Source of the DNA: Cetorhinus maximus
Taxonomy: Eukaryota
Length of the DNA: 64,000 bases
Direction: 5' to 3'
Assembly (NCBI RefSeq): GCF_964194155.1
Contig: NC_135916.1
Span: 1,612,001 to 1,676,000, forward strand
Of the stretch, positions 24,746 through 37,749 are shown piece after piece (the first letter of the stretch is position 1; every line of letters starts with the position of its first letter). The notes beneath the pieces were generated by a model. That model ran no database searches. It saw only the letters and a list, made by a program, of their open reading frames with translations, and was not told the DNA's origin. Both the position numbers and the translations under genes were made by a program.

Positions 24746-27408
24746 TGTGTGCCACTCTCACTCACTCTGCCTCTCTCTCTCCCACTCTCTATCTCTCTCT
24801 CACTCACTATTCCTCCTTCTCTTTCCTTTCACCCTTGCTCCCTTTCGCCCCCCCATCTCTCTACTTCTGGTGCTGCGAATGTTACTGATGCTGTCCTCCG
24901 TCCTACATTGATATGCGTGACACTGTCACTGTTCTCACCCCTCTCAGAAATTCAGGTCTGGCATTTCTTCTGATTATCTCTAATAAAAAATCGAAGCGTG
25001 TTCACAACATCTCTGTTACTGCCAGGAACATGACTACACGCGAGTGCATGTTCACTTATAACTGGCCCACTCTGGTTGTTGAGATAGGGGTACATTGCAA
25101 ATTGTGAAATTGTGACCTGTCAGTTCAGGAGGAGCAACATAATCAGGGAGATCTGGAGGGACCGGGAACAGATAATTTATATTGTCACCTGGAATAAACA
25201 TCTTGATGTGAGCGATTCAGATAATAGCCTGAAATCACATACGATGGGTTCCCCCACGGAATCTGTGAATCAGACACTCTGCGGCTCCCATGTCTCAGAG
25301 TGTTAGATGTTTTTTTTCTGAATATACAATATGCAGCAAATTAATAGAAAGACGTGCAAATTTCGAAAAGAGGGGCAATTCTCTCCTGAGACCCTTACAT
25401 TTGATACTAGTTTCAACCTGTGAAGGTGCAGATGTGAACATTGTGTAAGAGAGCGTTGGAAATGGGCGGGCGAGTCAGAGGAATGAAACTGTGTTTCATT
25501 CTAATCCTAACATAAAGCACAGTCAATTCCATAGTTTAAAAGATTGGTCTCCCTTATTGCACTATATCATATTTGGTCACAAGCCCCAAATTCGCTTTTA
25601 AAATCCGGAATCCATTCGGGTTTAATCTCGGACCTTTTTTCCACTCCTCTTACTCTATGTTCAACATATTCTGGCATGTGAACATGGGCTTTTGTTAGGA
25701 CTCTCTGCACCTTGTATATCATTGTCCGTTCTTTGAATACGATGCTCCCTTTTCACTTTTTTAATTTAGCATGTGAACATGGATTTTAATCAGCACTTAT
25801 CAGTTGTTGACGGTGTATAAGTTTCATAATCATTCTGTATGTATCAGCCTCTGGTGCTGTGTATGAATCTTGCTAACCTTTGGTATGTGCCTGTTGTGGG
25901 ACTGTATATGGCTGCAGAATTAATACTCTAAATGTCATTTTTGGACACTGTGGGCATTGAATTCGTTTTTTTTCTTTCACCATATCTGTTAAGAATTGAT
26001 GAATTATGTGTTTTATTATGTGTTTTGACTTACTTGCACACTGTGATAGAGTTGCATTCATTCTGTACCCACCAGTGTCTTGTATTGTATGTGGATGTGT
26101 ATATTTTGCCCTCTGTACAGGACTCTGTATCTGCTATGTATGGAAGAGTGCATTCATTCTATCTGCAATATTTTCTGGTACTATCTGTGAGAGCGGGATT
26201 CCATCTGAATCTGTCAACATCTGGAACTACATGTGAGAATGAAGTTGATACGGATCCAGCCAACCTCTTTGAGAGCAATATCTTTTTGTGTGTCAGTCAG
26301 TCTGTGGAATGTTATGTCATTGTGGGTTTTTTGGCTCTGCGTCCTTTAGACTTTTCTAAAAAGGTTTGTGTATGTCTGTGGCTCTTGCTCTTCATTTAAT
26401 TCCCTGCTACTCTGTATGTGGTAGGATTAATGCATTGCTTCCCAATTTATTGTTAATTTCTGGCTCCATATTTATTAGTCCCTTAAATTGATGGAGTGTG
26501 TATTCACTCATTTACCTGACAGTGAGTGTGCGATTCATTCAAATTATCGCTGCATCTGCTATTGCATGGGGATGTGCCACTCTCTGCATGCCTTTCAGTG
26601 CCTGGTACAATGCATGATTTGGGGATTAAATTGTACATGACAGTGTCTGGTAAGCTATATGTTTGTGGGGTTATTTCTATACTGTTATGGCCTCTATAAT
26701 TCTATATGAATGAGATTATTTTGGTATCCTTCAGTTTCAGGTAGGCTAAGTGAATGTGGGGTTAATTATATAGCTTTCAGCCTTGGTGCTTTCCATGACT
26801 AAGTGCTAAGGTTAAACAAGAAGTGTTCAGAGACCTTACATTATGTTTCTTAGTGAGAGAATTGATATGGCACGTGTTGTGTATTAAGGTCTATATTCAT
26901 TAAAATTATATTTTACCTTTATTTCAGATATTTTTTGTAGTGGGATTTAATGTGTTGCTCTGTGGGGCGTCTGGGTACATTCTTAGCTTCAGATATACAG
27001 CTGATTGAAATGTACAGATTTAATGCTAACACTCCACTCTTGTGAAAGGAATGGATTGTCTTTAAATCTGAAAAAGTTTTGGGCTAGGTTTGATGGGCCT
27101 ACCATTCTGTGACACTCAATGAGTGTGAGTTGGGGATCATATTCAGTCTCCCCTGTCGTGTTTGAATGTTGTATTGAACATATCTGCCCACTTTTGGGTT
27201 AACCTATAACATGGTTTCTACCAATGTTGTAGCCATAAGTTATATTATGTAGTTGCATAGGAGTTCAAGAATGGTACTCAATTTGCAACTATGTGAAAAC
27301 AATTGTGAAGAGCTTCATCCCCTTCAGTCAACTATATAGCCACACATGTAATTGATGCAGTTTGTAGTCGAGGAATTACCATTGTACCTTTATTCATGCA
27401 GAGCTTTT

Positions 27409-27890
27409 CATAGAATCACAGAATCACACAGTGCAGAAGAGGTCCTTCAGCCCATCGAGTCTGCACCAACACGTGAGAAACATCTGAGCCACCTACCTAA
27501 TCCCATTTACCAGCACTTGGTCCATAGCCTTGAATGTTATGATGTGCCAAGTGCTCATCCAAGTACTTTTTAAAGGATGAGAGGCAACCCGCCTCCACCA
27601 CCCTCCCAGGCAGTGCATTCCAAACCGTCACCACCCTCTGCGTAATATTTTTTTCTTCACAACTCTCATAAACCTTTTGCCCCCCACCTTGTACTTATGC
27701 CCCCTCTTGACTGCCGCTTCAACCAAAGGGAACAGCTGCTCCCTATCCACCCTGCTCATGCCCCTCATAATCTTGCACACCTCGCTCAGGTCGCTCCTCA
27801 GTCTTCTCTGCTCCAACCAAAACAACCCAAGTCTATCCAACCTCTCTTCATAACTTCAATGTTTCATCCCAGGCAACATCCTGGTGAATA
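27409..27890 (-). mobile_element. CR1 3' fragment
   Basis: (ATTCTRTG)-type tail read as atagaatcacagaatcacacag; EQRRLRSDL motif. Confidence 0.9.
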
Positions 27891-29029
27891 TTTTGTTAGA
27901 CTGGTATGATATATATAGCCCTGTCTAAATTCGGAGGCACTGCTTTGCAATTTATTAAGTATCTTCCAGTGAGCTATCTTGTTTTCTGTTCTGGCTAAGA
28001 CCAGTTAAATAATATCTGATTAGAATGAAAGAGAGAGTATGATATTTGTTGTGTATTCTGTTAATCCTTTGATTACTCTGCTGGATTAGATGGTAGATGG
28101 AAATATAAACCAAGTTAATTAAGACTCTCCGGAGCAGTTTGTCTCTTGGATTGAAAAGTAGTCTCTTCCCTTTTAAACAGTGTGGGAATTAATATTTGTG
28201 ACAGTGGACATATTGACCTGGCAGCATCTCTGTTCTCTGTGAACGTTGCTGCACCTACCTTGTGTTGGAACAAGCTCATTTTCGTCTTGCTTATGTTATA
28301 ACTTTTATAGTTGTCACTATTATGTATCCACCTTAGTTACTAGCCTCATCTGTCAATGCATAGCATTGTTTGTGAGCTGAGATTTTTTCACTTCTTTTTA
28401 AATTGATGCTTTCAACCATTTTATGTTACTAGTGTATCCACTGCATATTAATTTATTAATTTGCAGGCCTGTACTATTATTTGAGTAATGTTTCAATTTT
28501 AAAAAATGATGCTGAATTTCACTTTCATAACACATGGGTGAAAAGATTATTTTATCATCTTATCTGAATTGGGATCCCCTTCTTTGCTGCAATTAATTCT
28601 ATGAGTTGCATGTAAAGTCACTGGGATCCATTTAGGTATTTTAACCTGTATCAATTATTTTTTTTCTGGAATGGAAGTGTGATGTTGGTCTGTAACTCTC
28701 AGGCTGTGTGTATAATTACAATACACATTAATTTTTGCTGTGAGTGACTGATTTTTTAAAAAATCCATCCATGCCATTTTTTTTTCAGCATAAGATGTGT
28801 TTCATTCTCTAATTTCCAGTTTTGTTTTATAAATGAGTGTAAGTTCTGTAAAATTGTGTGCATTTTCAGGTATGTGAGTATGATTAGTTTTTCTTCTCCT
28901 GTAGTATTTATTAGTTTCTCAGATGCTAAAATGTGACTTTGACATGGTACCTGTCAGTTACTGGTAAGTGAGTGCTGGTGTTACACTGCCCCTGTGAATA
29001 TCTGGTGTATGAGCATTACTTTGTAGCAC

Positions 29030-29287
29030 AGAGATAAAAACAAAAAGCTAAAAGCTACTGCGGATGCTGGAAATCCAAAACAAAACAAAAACAGAATTAC
29101 CTGGAAAAACTCAGCAAGTCTGGCAGCATCGGCGGAGAAGAAATCAGTCAACGTTTACTTTTCGAGCCTCCATGGCCCTTCGGCAGTTCTGCCGAAGGGC
29201 CATGGAGGCTCGAAACGTTGACTGATTTCTTCTCCGCCGATGCTGCCAGACTTGCTGAGTTTTTCCAGGTAATTCTGTTTTTGTTTT
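29030..29287. mobile_element. Young palindromic Penelope-derived element with a 15-bp TSD
   Basis: Arms 29082-29186 and 29189-29287 are reverse complements apart from a 6-nt indel. ATTACTTTGTAGCAC flanks it at 29015-29029 and 29288-29302. Confidence 0.9.
29184..29224 (+). ncRNA. Minimal type I hammerhead ribozyme-like motif (variant core)
   Basis: CAGTT-CTGCCGA-A-GGGCC(atgga)GGCTC-GAAAC-GTT-GACTG. Stems I and II pair; the core has C in place of A6. Confidence 0.6.
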
Positions 29288-30279
29288 ATTACTTTGTAGC
29301 ACTTCATTACTTGCAAGTGACTTTTTTTCTCCCTATTTGTGGCATTTGAATGTGAATATGTGTGTTGCTCTTACTTGGCATTTGACAGTTTTGTTACGTG
29401 TCTGGTAAGTTAATGTGAATTTACACTGTTTCTTTTTCAGTTTTTAACATGTAAACATGTATTTGAGGCTTATTCCCAGTCTCTGGCATGAAAATGAGGA
29501 AATACCATAAATGTTTCAGTTTTTTATTCTGGATGTGTCACAAATATTCTTTAATCATTCTTCTCTTGTAAAGAAATTCTAAGATTTACTCAGATTCTCT
29601 TAGTAATGTTATGTCATTGTGTGTTTATTGAACTGTGTGTGAGCCTGTCTATGTGTGTGCACCTGTCTATGTGTGTGTGCGCCCCTGTCTGTGTGTGGGT
29701 GTGTGTGCCTGTTTATGCTCCTTTTGTCTATCTTATGTGTGAATGGACGTTTCTCTCTGTCTGTCATTTTTTAATATGTACATGTGCACATTGACTGGCA
29801 CTCACAAGTATCTGGCATGCTGGTAAAGGTACATTTTGAACATATCTGGTTTTAGCTTTTCCCTTAAGATAGCCTTGGCTTTAAGTTGTAATGTTCAGCT
29901 TCTGGTATGGAAGTGTGCATTTTACCTTTACCTGACCCTTTCAGATATGAGAGTGTGGTATTCAAATTGTCTGCTCGTTTCTAGCCTCTGATGTGAGCAT
30001 TTTTACTTTGTTAAAGTTAGCATTTTTAATGAGACTCTGCATTTACTGTGAATTTCAGTATCTGATCATCGATTGTAGATTTTAATCAGTACTGTTTTGT
30101 TTCTGTTTGGGATTGATATCTCTTATAGGAGTGATATATTCCATTCTGTTATTGTCTCTTCCTAATGAGCTGAATGATCCTTTTTGAACAGAATCTGTTT
30201 AATTTTGGTGCCTGAATATGGGATTTCCTTTGCAATTGTCAGTTTTGACATGAAGAAATGTTTATAAACTGTAGCAAAA

Positions 30280-30510
30280 GCAAAAACAAAATATCTACAG
30301 GTGGATGCTTGAAATCTCAAGAAAAAGGAAACACAATTGCTGGGAATACTGAGCAGGCCAGACAACATCTGTGGAGACAGGAGCTGAATTACCCTCCACC
30401 TGAAAATTCTGATATCAGAAAAGGTCATTGAACTGTGATGTTCACTCTCCGCCTTTCTCCACAGGTGCTGGCTTCCTTGCTGAGTATTTCCTGCATTGTT
30501 GGTGTTTCTT
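30280..30510. mobile_element. Penelope-derived hairpin element (paralog of 12925-13130)
   Basis: ctgagcaggccagacaacatctgtggaga ... ctccacaggtgctgg..tgctgagtattt. Confidence 0.6.
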
Positions 30511-30851
30511 CCTCACCCTGTACGTGTTATTTTCCAGCAAGTGAATATGGCATCACTGTGCACCTGCCAATATCTGACACTTTTGTTTCACTTCTATTCT
30601 GACAGCGTTTCAACGTACAATTTGGTGTGTGTGTGCACGTGTGCATATTTCTAGAATGGAAGAAATTTATTTTTTCTGCACTTTTCATAGAATGCTATGC
30701 GAATGTGAGTTCACCCTGGATCTGTCACTTTTTAACATGTTACTATGAGTCTTATTCTTTACCTGTCTGTGAATGGGGATTTTAGAGTGCACCTAGTTAT
30801 TTGCTGCTGTGTGACTGTTTTCTTTTATACATGTTTGGAAATAATCATGGG

Positions 30852-31100
30852 TTTTTAAAAAAAATATATGCTTTATTCATAAAATATCTGAAAGAACATT
30901 TCTAAATCGCCATCACCAAAAGTGCAATCAACTTTTACACATGGATCACAAGATGCTTCAATACAATCAATGAATATTACAATCATTTCAATATGGTCAT
31001 TACAGACAGTCAGTGCAATGATATTGGAGTTATCAACATACATCATGTTGCACTCTTGAGGTGTTTCAATACTATTACTATTTTTTGTGAGCAGTACAGC
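30852..31100 (-). mobile_element. Inserted retroelement 3' end (L1/Tx1-like 3'UTR)
   Basis: Absent from the paralogous site at ~18030. Minus strand ends ttttatgAATAAAgcatatattttt plus an A-run. Confidence 0.5.
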
Positions 31101-32010
31101 TTTACTCTGGGTATTTAACTCTCTGTAATGCACTTGTGGCTATTACTCTGCACCTGCCAGTGACTGGCATGTGAGGATGCATTTTGCATTCACTGTTGCT
31201 GACATGTAATGCATATTTTACTACTTAACTCTCAGTTACTGGTATATAGATGTGCTGATTTTATTCTGTATCAGTAATACTGTGATATGTCAGTGTGCTT
31301 CATTTTCCTGTTGTTTGGCTCAGGGTCAGAAATATGAGCATGGAAAAAAAAAATGTTGAAACTCTTAGGCTATTTTAAATGAATGAGAATTTAATTATTT
31401 GCTTTCAATCCCCGGCATGAGAATGTGCCCTATGCTTATCATATTCTTGTGTGTGAGTATTGTCTTTCCTTCAGGTTTCTATGCAGCTTGTAGGTCATTG
31501 TCGGTTTTGCCGTGAACATGTCAGCCTGTATTACTTGAGTGTGATGTTCACATTGCAGCTTTCAATTTAGTGTGTGAGCATGGACCATTCGCTCCCTCCC
31601 CCCAACCCCTCAACCCAAACCTACAGATTTTGATGCATGTTCATGTGTGATTTTACCATAGCTATCAACGTCTGCTTTCTGGGTGCCCATTTTCTTCTTA
31701 TTTTGACAATTCTGTTATGGAAAAAATGATTTTATTCTGCACCTCTCTATCACTGGTATGTGTCTGTGGTTTTACAATGTAAGGATCTGCCCCTGTCATG
31801 GGAATTCTGGCTTCTTCTGTGTCTGTCAGTCTCTCCTATGAGAGCGGTGAAACGTTATTTGCTGTACTTGTCAATATCTGCTCTGTCAGTTAAAGTTTAA
31901 CCTTTCTTGTTTGTAGAGATCTGTTGATATAACTATTAGTGAGAATATTGCTCTGGCACGTGATGTGTATGTGTGTCTGTCTTAATGAATATGTACTTTA
32001 TCATTATCAG

Positions 32011-32640
32011 GGGGAGGCAATGGTGTTGTGATGTTGTCATTGGGCTATTAATCCAAAGACCTAGGGTAAAACTCTCTGGACCCAGGTTCGAATCCTGCCG
32101 AGGTTTGGCGGATTGTGAATTCAATAAAAATCTGGAATTAAAAGAATAATGGTGACCATTGTCGATTTTTGTAAGAACCCATCTGGTTCACTAATGCAGG
32201 AAACCTGTTGTCCTTACCTGGTCTGGCCTACATGTGGTGTTGTGTTAGACCCACTTGGCCACTCAGTTGTAATAAACTGCTAAAAAGTCACAAAAATGCA
32301 ATGGAACCAGATGGACCACCCAACACTTACTGAGGAACCGCAAACAAAAACACAAAAACGACTAAACTCAGCCCTGTCGACCCTGAAGGTAGATGGGAAC
32401 ACCTCCAACTAGAATTTCCCCTCCAAGTCACTGCACCATCCTGAATTGGAAATATATCCTGTTCCTTCACTGTCGCTGGGGAAAAATTTAGGAATTGACT
32501 CCCTAACAGCACTGTGGGTGTACCTACACCACGTGGACAGCAGGGGTTCAAGAAAGCAGCTCACCACCACCTTCTCAAGGGCAACTAAATGGTGGCACAG
32601 CCAGCAAAGCCACATCCCATGAATGAATTTAAAAAAAAGA
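32011..32640 (+). mobile_element. tRNA-derived SINE with a LINE-like tail
   Basis: B-box GGTTCGAATCC at 32085-32095; body aacccatctggttcactaatg; tail cacatcccatgaatgaatttaaaaaaaa. Confidence 0.82.
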
Positions 32641-33496
32641 TATTATATGGGATCTTTGGTGTTGAATTTATGGTGTTGCTTTATGAATGCTGGGTGCACT
32701 CAAGGATTAATTCTGTAAATTTCAATCAGTTTTATTACCTGGTATTTAAATTGAAGGCGATGTTCACTCTTGTGACATGAAAGGGATGCCCTTCAATCTG
32801 ATAATGGCTATGATTGTTGACTGCAATTGGTGGACCTGCAATTCAGCAGTACTGAGTAGGAGTGTACTGTGGTAAAATTATTTCACCTCCCCTGAGTGTC
32901 TGACCATTGGATGGAGCATTAGTACCTGGGTTTGAGATCAATTTGAGTCTGACTACTTCTGTTCTCGGTGATGGTGGAGCTGATGATCTGTCTGTATCTC
33001 TGCACTCTCGGAGTAACATCGTACCTGCTGTCAGTTAGAAAGAGGTGGCTACATTTTTATTTTTTCCTGGGGGAACATCAGCTTGAAACTGATCCCTTCA
33101 TTGATTTGCCTGGGGGAAGAAACATAAGTCTTGTAACTCAAAATCAGCAGAGGACATTGAAAGACAATAGGTCAACGTAATCTTTCAACTGACAATAACT
33201 TTTTAAAAATATATATCCAGATGCAAAATATGAAGAAAAATAAAAACTACAGTGTCTGATTCCACGTCAGCAACCTGCTTTGGTAGCTTTCAAGCAATTG
33301 ATTGACACTCAGAAACAATCCACATCTGTATGGCTCCAAGGGTCACACTCCCCGAGGATACAAAGACAGTTCAGATTTCAATATCCAGCTCTCAGCCGGT
33401 GCTAAAATGTTTATATCTTAATAGCTGGTGCCTCCAATACGTGACCCCTACATGGTTTCTCTCCTCCTTACTCTCTGCCTGTTTCGACCGTTCCCT

Positions 33497-34145
33497 GTCC
33501 AAATGCCGACAAGTTGCATGAATCAGCAGCTATACTTGGAATATGAATTACAGGTTTGAGGGGAGAAAATCCCAATAGTTTTCAACTGCAGCTTGCTCAG
33601 GTTCTGTCTCCCTCAGCAGGGCCACACACAGCCCCAGAAAGGACTCTCCCCGTCCACCCGCTCACTCCAAGTTCCGGAAAACGTTCCCGCACCGCTCCGC
33701 CTCTTACAAACAGTCCCCGGTTCTCCCTGAACTTACCCCGAGTCAATGATGATTTCTGTGTCCACACTGACAAACCGGGGCCCTGCTGGAATCAGAACGC
33801 TGTTTACTCGCTTACCCGGGCCCTAAGATTTCCATTTCTATCTGTTTGAAACAAAGGTCTCCCGCTCACTGGGCGCATGCGCTCTTCTAGTCATGTCTGG
33901 GGAAACTGAAGGAGGGAAGCAATGCGCACGCGCTTCCGTGAAACTGACGTCACTGAAAAACGTCATTTACTCCTCCCCTCAGTCAATGTTCTCCAGCTTG
34001 AGCATCACAATGGGTCTGTGTGGAACGGGCAGAGTTTCAGGCAGGTGGACGATTCCTGTATGAAGCTCAAACTGATATCGCTCCCTGCAGCATCTTTGCT
34101 GTTCATTCACCGGTTTAGGAAATCAATCCGCCCAGTGAATCTATG
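33497..34145. promoter_or_regulatory. NRF1/CRE-containing promoter-like island, copy 3
   Basis: GCGCATGCGC at 33873-33882 and TGACGTCA at 33945-33952; the ACTTAC donor is conserved. Confidence 0.5.
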
Positions 34146-34969
34146 TGTTTGCTGTGACCAGGCAGAAGTTAATGTCTGGTCTTAAAAGTCACGCTTTAAT
34201 ATAATCAGTTTGAACCTCTCAGTCAATGAGTGTCAATTCGAACATTTTGTGTCCAAAGTTTACAGAGAGATCCAGAGGTTATGGATCTTTACATTTCGGA
34301 TACTATTCACCTCAACCACTGGCATTACTTCTGTTTGTGTGATAGAAATGTGTTTGCCTCTGGCCCAGTATTAGCTGGAGCTGAATCACGTCATCTCTCA
34401 CCTCTGTGGGTCTGTCAGTTTTAAATTAGTTTTCCCGATCAGGTTCAGATTCTTCGTTGTTTCAAAAAGGAAACCTCTCAATCTTCTAAGTTCCAATGAT
34501 TAAAAGTTCAACTTGTTTATGATTCCCTCATCAGTCCACAGCATCATTTCAGGAATCTAGTCAGGGAAATTCACTGAACTATTTCAAGATAATTATATCG
34601 CTCTCTGGTTCTAAATGATGTTTGGGACAAAATTATTAATGATCATATTTGTATATTCTATTAAAATACTGATGATATGTATGCCTCTATCCGATGATAG
34701 ATATGAGGGCCACTCATTGCTATATTGACACACGGTAGCAATAGAGAGACCGATTTCTCTGCCTCTCCCTCCCTTGCTCCTTCTATTTCCTTCACTCTTG
34801 GTCCCTCTACCCCCTATCTCGCGAATTCTGGTGCTGTGCACGTTACTAATGTTAATGATAGGTCAATACACACTGGCAATGTGAACACACCTCCAGTGTT
34901 ATGAGTCAGAATCTCAATGTTCATTCTCCTCTCGGAAATTCAGGCCTGACATTTGATCTGATTACTAAA

Positions 34970-35111
34970 TTGATTTCAGGTGAAGAAGAGTCACACTGAC
35001 TCGAAAAGTTGACTCTGTCTTTCTCTCCACAGAGGCTCTCAGACCTGCTGAGTTTTTCCAGCTATTTTTGTTTTTGGTTCAGATTTCCAACACCCACACT
35101 ATTTTGCTTTA
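34970..35111 (+). mobile_element. Short Penelope-derived insertion with a degenerate hammerhead core
   Basis: GTGAAGA-A-GAGTCA(cac)TGACTC-GAAAA followed by ctccacagaggctctcagacctgctgagtttttccag. Absent from units I and II. Confidence 0.65.
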
Positions 35112-35377
35112 ATTTCATCAGATCATCTCCAATCAAAAATCGAAGCGAGCTCTGAAAAGCCCTTTCATTTTCAGGAACTTGACTTTGTGTTCATATATAA
35201 CTGGCCCGCTCTGGTTGTTGAGGTAGGGGTACATTGTAAACTGTGAAATTGTGACCTGTCAGTTCAGGAGGAGCAACATAAACAGGGAAGTCTGGAGGGA
35301 CCGGGAGCAGTTAATTTGTATTGTCACCAGAAATAAACATCTTGATGTGAGCTTTTCAGATAATAGCGTGAAATCAC

Positions 35378-36270
35378 ATATCACAGAGTCACACACAGTG
35401 CAGAAGAGGCCCTTCGGCCCATCGAGTCTGCACTGACACGTGAGAAACACCTGACCTACCTACTTAATCACATTTACCAGCACTTGGCCCATAGGCTGGA
35501 ATGTTATGATGTACCACGTGCTCATCCAGGTACTTTTAAAAGGATGTGAGGCAACCCGCCACGACCACCCTCCCAGGCAGTGCATTCCAGACCGTCACCA
35601 CCCTCTGGGTTAAAAAAGTTATTCCTCACAGTCGCCATGAACCACCTGCCCCTCACCTTGAACTTATACCCCCTTGTGACTGACCCTTCAACTAAGGGGA
35701 ACACCTGCTCCCTATCCATACTGTCTATGTCCCTCATAATCTTGTACACCTCGATCAGGTCGCCCATCAGCCCTCTCTGCTCCAACGTAAACAACACAAG
35801 ACTATCGAACCTCTTTTCATAACCTAAATGTTTCATACCAGGCAACATCCTGGTGAATCTCCTCTGCATCCTCTCCAGTGCAATCACATCCCTCCTATAA
35901 TGTGGCCACCAGATTGTACTCCAGCTGTAGCCTCACCAAGGCTCTATACAACTCCTACATGACCTCCCTACTTTTGTAATCTATGCCTCGATTGATTAAG
36001 GCAAGTGTCTCATATGCCTTTCCCCCACCCCACTAACATGCCCCATCCGCCTTCAGAGATCTAGGGACACACACGACAAGGTCCCTTTGTTCCTCAGAGC
36101 TTCCCAGTGTCATGTCGTTCATTGAATACTTCCTTGTCAAATGACTCCTTCCAAAGTGTATCACCTCACACTTTTCACGGTAAAACTCCATCTGCCTCTT
36201 ATCTGCCCATTTGACCATCCCGTCTATAACTTCCTGTAGCCCAACACACTCAACCTCGCTGTTAAACACC
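35378..36270 (-). mobile_element. CR1 3' fragment
   Basis: QRRFTRMLPGMKHL and KCEVIHFGR motifs; absent from units I and II. Confidence 0.92.
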
Positions 36271-36497
36271 AATCTGCGAATGAGACCATCTACGGCTCCC
36301 ATGCCACAGAGACCTAAACGTTCGCTGAGTTTACAATCGACAATATTCTTCAAAGGAAAGGGAGCAAAGTACGAAAAAGAGGAGGAATTCACGCCTGAGA
36401 GCTTCACATTATTGACCGCTGTTCCCTGTAAACATGTAGATGTGAACATTGTGTAAGAGAGTGTTGGAACTGGGCGGGAGAGTCAGAGGAATGAAAC

Positions 36498-36914
36498 TGT
36501 GTTTGTGCGTCCGTTCTGATCATGAGATTTCCGAGTTCTGCTTGCCTAAACTAAAAATATTTTCAATTCATAAGTTCCCTCTTTTCCCCAGCTTGACGCC
36601 AAAGTGAAATTTAAAGACAATTTCTTGGTTGTTATCTAGATTTCAGTCGATAAGTAGAGGACATGTCAGAGATCGGGTGAAGGAGCCGCAGTAAATCCGG
36701 TTTAAATCGAAACTCGAGTCTTCAATTCGCGTCAAATCTTTTCGACAGCAAACATTACAGTGTCAGAGATAAGAAGGATTCAGTCTGGGACACTGCAGAG
36801 CCTGAATTTCCATGGAATTGGGGAGTTTGTGAGGAGAGAAAAACACAGAGAGGCAGCAGCAGACTGGAGCTGACAGCAGCCTGTCTCCGCCCCGTCCGCT
36901 CGCTGCCTTTAAGT
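36498..36914 (+). promoter_or_regulatory. Histone H1 promoter, copy 2
   Basis: TGTGTTT at 36498-36504, AAACACA at 36841-36847, CCGCCCCGTCCGC, TTTAAG. Confidence 0.7.
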
Positions 36915-36994
36915 TGCTCAGTGCCGCCACCAGCGGCTTCATTTCTCAGCCCGTTCACATTGACAGAGACATCTTTTGTGCAGAGTCCCGGAAC

Positions 36995-37651
36995 ATGACC
37001 GATACTGCAGCCGCCGAAACGGCTCCTCCAGCCGCTCCCGCCGCCCAGGTCAAGACTCCCAAGAAGAAGAAGAAGGCGGCTCCCCGGAGCAGTGCAGCCG
37101 GTCCCAAGCTGGGCGAGCAGATCCTCAAGGTGGTGGCGGATTGCAGCGATCGCAAGGGGATGTCGCTGCCCGCGATCAAGAAGGCGCTGCGCGGCAAAGG
37201 GCTGGATGTGGAGAAACTGGGCTCCCAGATCAAGCAAAGCATCAAGAGGAATGTGAAGAATGGCTTCCTGGTTCAGGTCAAGGGCACGGGCGCCTCGGGC
37301 TCCTTCAAAGTCCCTAAGAACACAACCCCGGGGAAAGTGGGAAAGAAGGCGAAGGTAGCAGCTGGCAAGAAATCTCCAGTGAAGAAAGCGGCAGCCAAGA
37401 AGGTGACAGCAAAGAAAGCAGCGGCCAAGAAGACTCCAGTCAAGAAAGCAACGGCCAAGAAATCCCCAGCGAAGAAAGCAGCGGCCAAGAAATCCCCAGC
37501 GAAGAAAGCAGCGGCCAAGAAAACAGCCAAGAAGGCGGCAACTCCCAAAAAGCCGGTGAAAAAAGCAGCCCCCAAGAAAAAGTCTCCGGCCAAGAAGGTG
37601 ACGGGCGTCAAAAAAGTGGCGATAGGGAGGGCCAAGCCCAAAGGGAGATAA
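36995..37651 (+). CDS. H1: Linker histone H1 (218 aa)
   Basis: Paralog of 3016-3687. The true ATG is at 36995; the ORF-track extension to 36914 runs through the promoter. Confidence 0.97.
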   Translation: MTDTAAAETAPPAAPAAQVKTPKKKKKAAPRSSAAGPKLGEQILKVVADCSDRKGMSLPAIKKALRGKGLDVEKLGSQIKQSIKRNVKNGFLVQVKGTGASGSFKVPKNTTPGKVGKKAKVAAGKKSPVKKAAAKKVTAKKAAAKKTPVKKATAKKSPAKKAAAKKSPAKKAAAKKTAKKAATPKKPVKKAAPKKKSPAKKVTGVKKVAIGRAKPKGR

Positions 37652-37708
37652 GCAAAGACAGGAAAGAAGGGAAACATCCCGAGCAAATTGTAAACCTCTG
37701 AACCCAAA

Positions 37709-37749
37709 GGCTCTTTTCAGAGCCACCCACATTTCACATGAAAGAGCTG
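37709..37749 (+). terminator. Histone stem-loop and HDE of H1 copy 2
   Basis: GGCTCTTTTCAGAGCC at 37709-37724, followed by GAAAGAGCTG. Confidence 0.97.

Larger units (their letters stand above)
19745..32897 (+). repeat. Segmental unit II (paralog of unit I 1-19744 and unit III from 32898), lacking histone genes
   Basis: 19745-21190 ~ 1-1440; 24397-25496 ~ 1445-2526; 25520-25640 ~ 6985-7100; 25800-26420 ~ 7620-8400; 30620-32897 ~ 17800-19744. Confidence 0.85.

Noticed and set aside
32011-32105. tRNA gene (also 18974-19060)
   Set aside because: A and B boxes are present but there is no cloverleaf, and the sequence continues into a SINE body.
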